From Pristiophorus japonicus (lineage: Eukaryota), in NCBI RefSeq assembly GCF_044704955.1, contig NC_091991.1, forward strand, positions 1,550,001-1,614,000: a stretch of DNA of 64,000 nucleotides, in the 5' to 3' direction. Position 1 is the stretch's first letter. Every line of letters begins with the position of its first letter. The translations under genes were made by a program, and so were the position numbers. This document shows, piece after piece, positions 62,116 to 64,000 of this stretch. Under the pieces are notes generated by a model, which ran no database searches, was not told the origin of the DNA, and worked only from the letters and a program-made list of their open reading frames with translations.

Positions 62116-63079
62116 CAAGGACGGATTAACCGTGGGGCGGATTAACCACGGGGGGGATTAACCGTGGGGCGAATTAACCACGGGGGGATTAACCGTGGGG
62201 CAGATTAACCACGGGGCGGATTAACCATGGGGGGATTAACCGGGGGGCGGATTAACTATGGGGCGGATTAAGCCACGGAGGGATTAACAGCGGGGGGATT
62301 AACCGCCGGGGGGGTTAACCACGGGGCGGATTAAACCGCGGGGGGATTAACCGTGGGGGGGGATTAACTGCGGAGCGGATTAACCGCGGGGGGATTAACC
62401 ACGGGGGAGATTAACCACGGGGCGGATTAAACCACGGGGTGGATTAACCGCGGGGGGATTAACCGCAGGGGCTTAACCGCGGGGGGATTAACTGCAGGGG
62501 ATTAACCGTGGGGAGGATTAACCATGGGGGAATTAACCACAGGGGGAATTAACTGCGGGGGGGATTGACCGCGGATCTGATTAACCGCAGGGGGATTAAC
62601 CGTGGGGGTGGATTAACCGCGGGCGGATTAACCATGGGACGGATTAAACGTGGGTCCGATATCATGGGGCAGATTAACCGGGGGGAGGGGGGGGGCGGAT
62701 GGGGCTGCAGCCCCTGGCCCACAAAATAAATGTAGGAAAAAAAATATAAGGCCTCCCGAATAGGCTGAATAGAATCGACAATAAGAGAGGAAAAACAAGA
62801 CCGAGGAAAATATTATTTATTGGCCTAACGTATACATACCTATTTTTGCAGAGAAAAGATCGTTACTATAATATACTTAATATATAAACTATATGTTTCC
62901 AGAACCAGAATATACCTACTTGATACAGAATATATGCTTTCATTGTTGAATATATTAACCTATGTTTTCATACTCAGAATCAGAATCATGTACAGAATGT
63001 AATGAAAATGAACAAACATAACTATCGGCCCATTTGGATCAGTTTGCCCCTGGCCCATTAGGCCCTTAATCCGGCCCTG
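62116..63079. mobile_element. hAT-type non-autonomous element with tandemly amplified left end
   Basis: TIRs CAAGGACGGATTAA / TTAATCCGGCCCTG; imperfect TSD GGTACAGC / GGTACGGT. Confidence 0.65.
62122..62700. repeat. 16-17-bp minisatellite GGATTAACCRYGGGGS, roughly 30-35 copies
   Basis: Directly visible tandem array. Confidence 0.95.
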
Positions 63080-63470
63080 GTACGGTAGCATAGTGGTTAT
63101 GTTACTGGCCTAGTAATCCAGAGGCCTAGACTAATGATTGGGTGACGCAAGTTGAAATACCACCAAGGCAGCTGGGGAATTTAGATTCAGTTAATGAAAT
63201 AAATCTGGAATTAAAAAAGCTACTATCATTACTGGTGACCACAAAAACTACTGGATTGTCGAAAAAATCCATCTGGTTCACTAATGTCCGTTCGGGAAGG
63301 AAATCTGCCCTTACCCGGTCTGGCCGATACGTGACTCCAGACCCACAGCAATGTGGTTGACTCTTAACTGCCCTCTGAAATGCCAGCTCACCACCACCTT
63401 CTCGAAGGCAATTAGAGATGGGCAATAAATGGTGGCCTTGCCAGTGACGTCCACATCCTGTGAATTAACA
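63080..63470 (+). mobile_element. tRNA-derived SINE with L2-like tail
   Basis: Head GGTAGCATAGTGG...GTTGAAATACC; tail GGGCAATAAAT..TGGCCTTGCCAG.GACG.CCACATCC, repeated at ~63890-63950. Confidence 0.7.
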
Positions 63471-64000
63471 TTTTAAAACTGCAGCCGTCTCCAAAATTTA
63501 TTCCTCTTTTTGCTTTCCATCCCTGTGTAATCAACGTGTTACCTTGTATGTTATGGTGGCTGTTTTTTTTAATACTCCCACGAAGAAAGGATCGGGAGAG
63601 CATTCAATTCCTTACCGGCTGAGCATTTGTAACTTTCCAGCTATTGTGAGTTTCTGCTTGCAAGTAATTGCAATCGATTTCTCCCTTCACTTCTTTCTTC
63701 CTGCTTCTGATACTTTATACAATTCTCTAACCATCTAATTAGCTCATTGACTACCTCAAAGGTCAGTTATATGAATTTTACAGATAATGCTCATTTTGGT
63801 TTAAAACTGCCGATTAGAGACACATTGAAATAGCCAATTTCTGCAGAACTGGCGTTGGTGTGTGGTATGACACCTAGGGCAATAGGGGTGGGCAATAAAT
63901 GCCGGCCTTGCCAGCGACGCCCACATCCCGTGAATGAATTAAAAAAAATATTCATCCTGCCTAGGGACACACATTCCATTGTCCCTGCTCACAGAACTAC

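Overview
Vertebrate genomic DNA, most likely a cartilaginous fish (shark or ray), judged from the CR1/L2/RTE LINE, Deu-type SINE, Harbinger and Penelope repeat content. It holds the conserved gene block GLT8D2 (last exon, +), TDG (10 coding exons, -, 418 aa), UQCC6/C12orf73/BRAWNIN (67-aa microprotein, +, missed by the ORF track), HSP90B1/GRP94 (18 coding exons, -, 795 aa, KDEL) and TTC41 (first large coding exon, +). Two CpG-island head-to-head promoters serve TDG/UQCC6 and HSP90B1/TTC41. Exon boundaries were read by eye from GT-AG sites with phase continuity; comparisons to orthologs are from memory. The most unusual observations are: a ~350-bp inverted duplication covering the UQCC6 acceptor and start codon; Penelope-type minimal hammerhead ribozyme remnants in introns; inverted young CR1 copies around TDG exon 3; an open TTC41 DUF4062 exon behind paired RFX X-boxes next to an ERSE cluster; a spliced Harbinger Myb/SANT gene nested in a LINE; and several transposon-born minisatellites. 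No CRISPR, rRNA or tRNA genes were seen.
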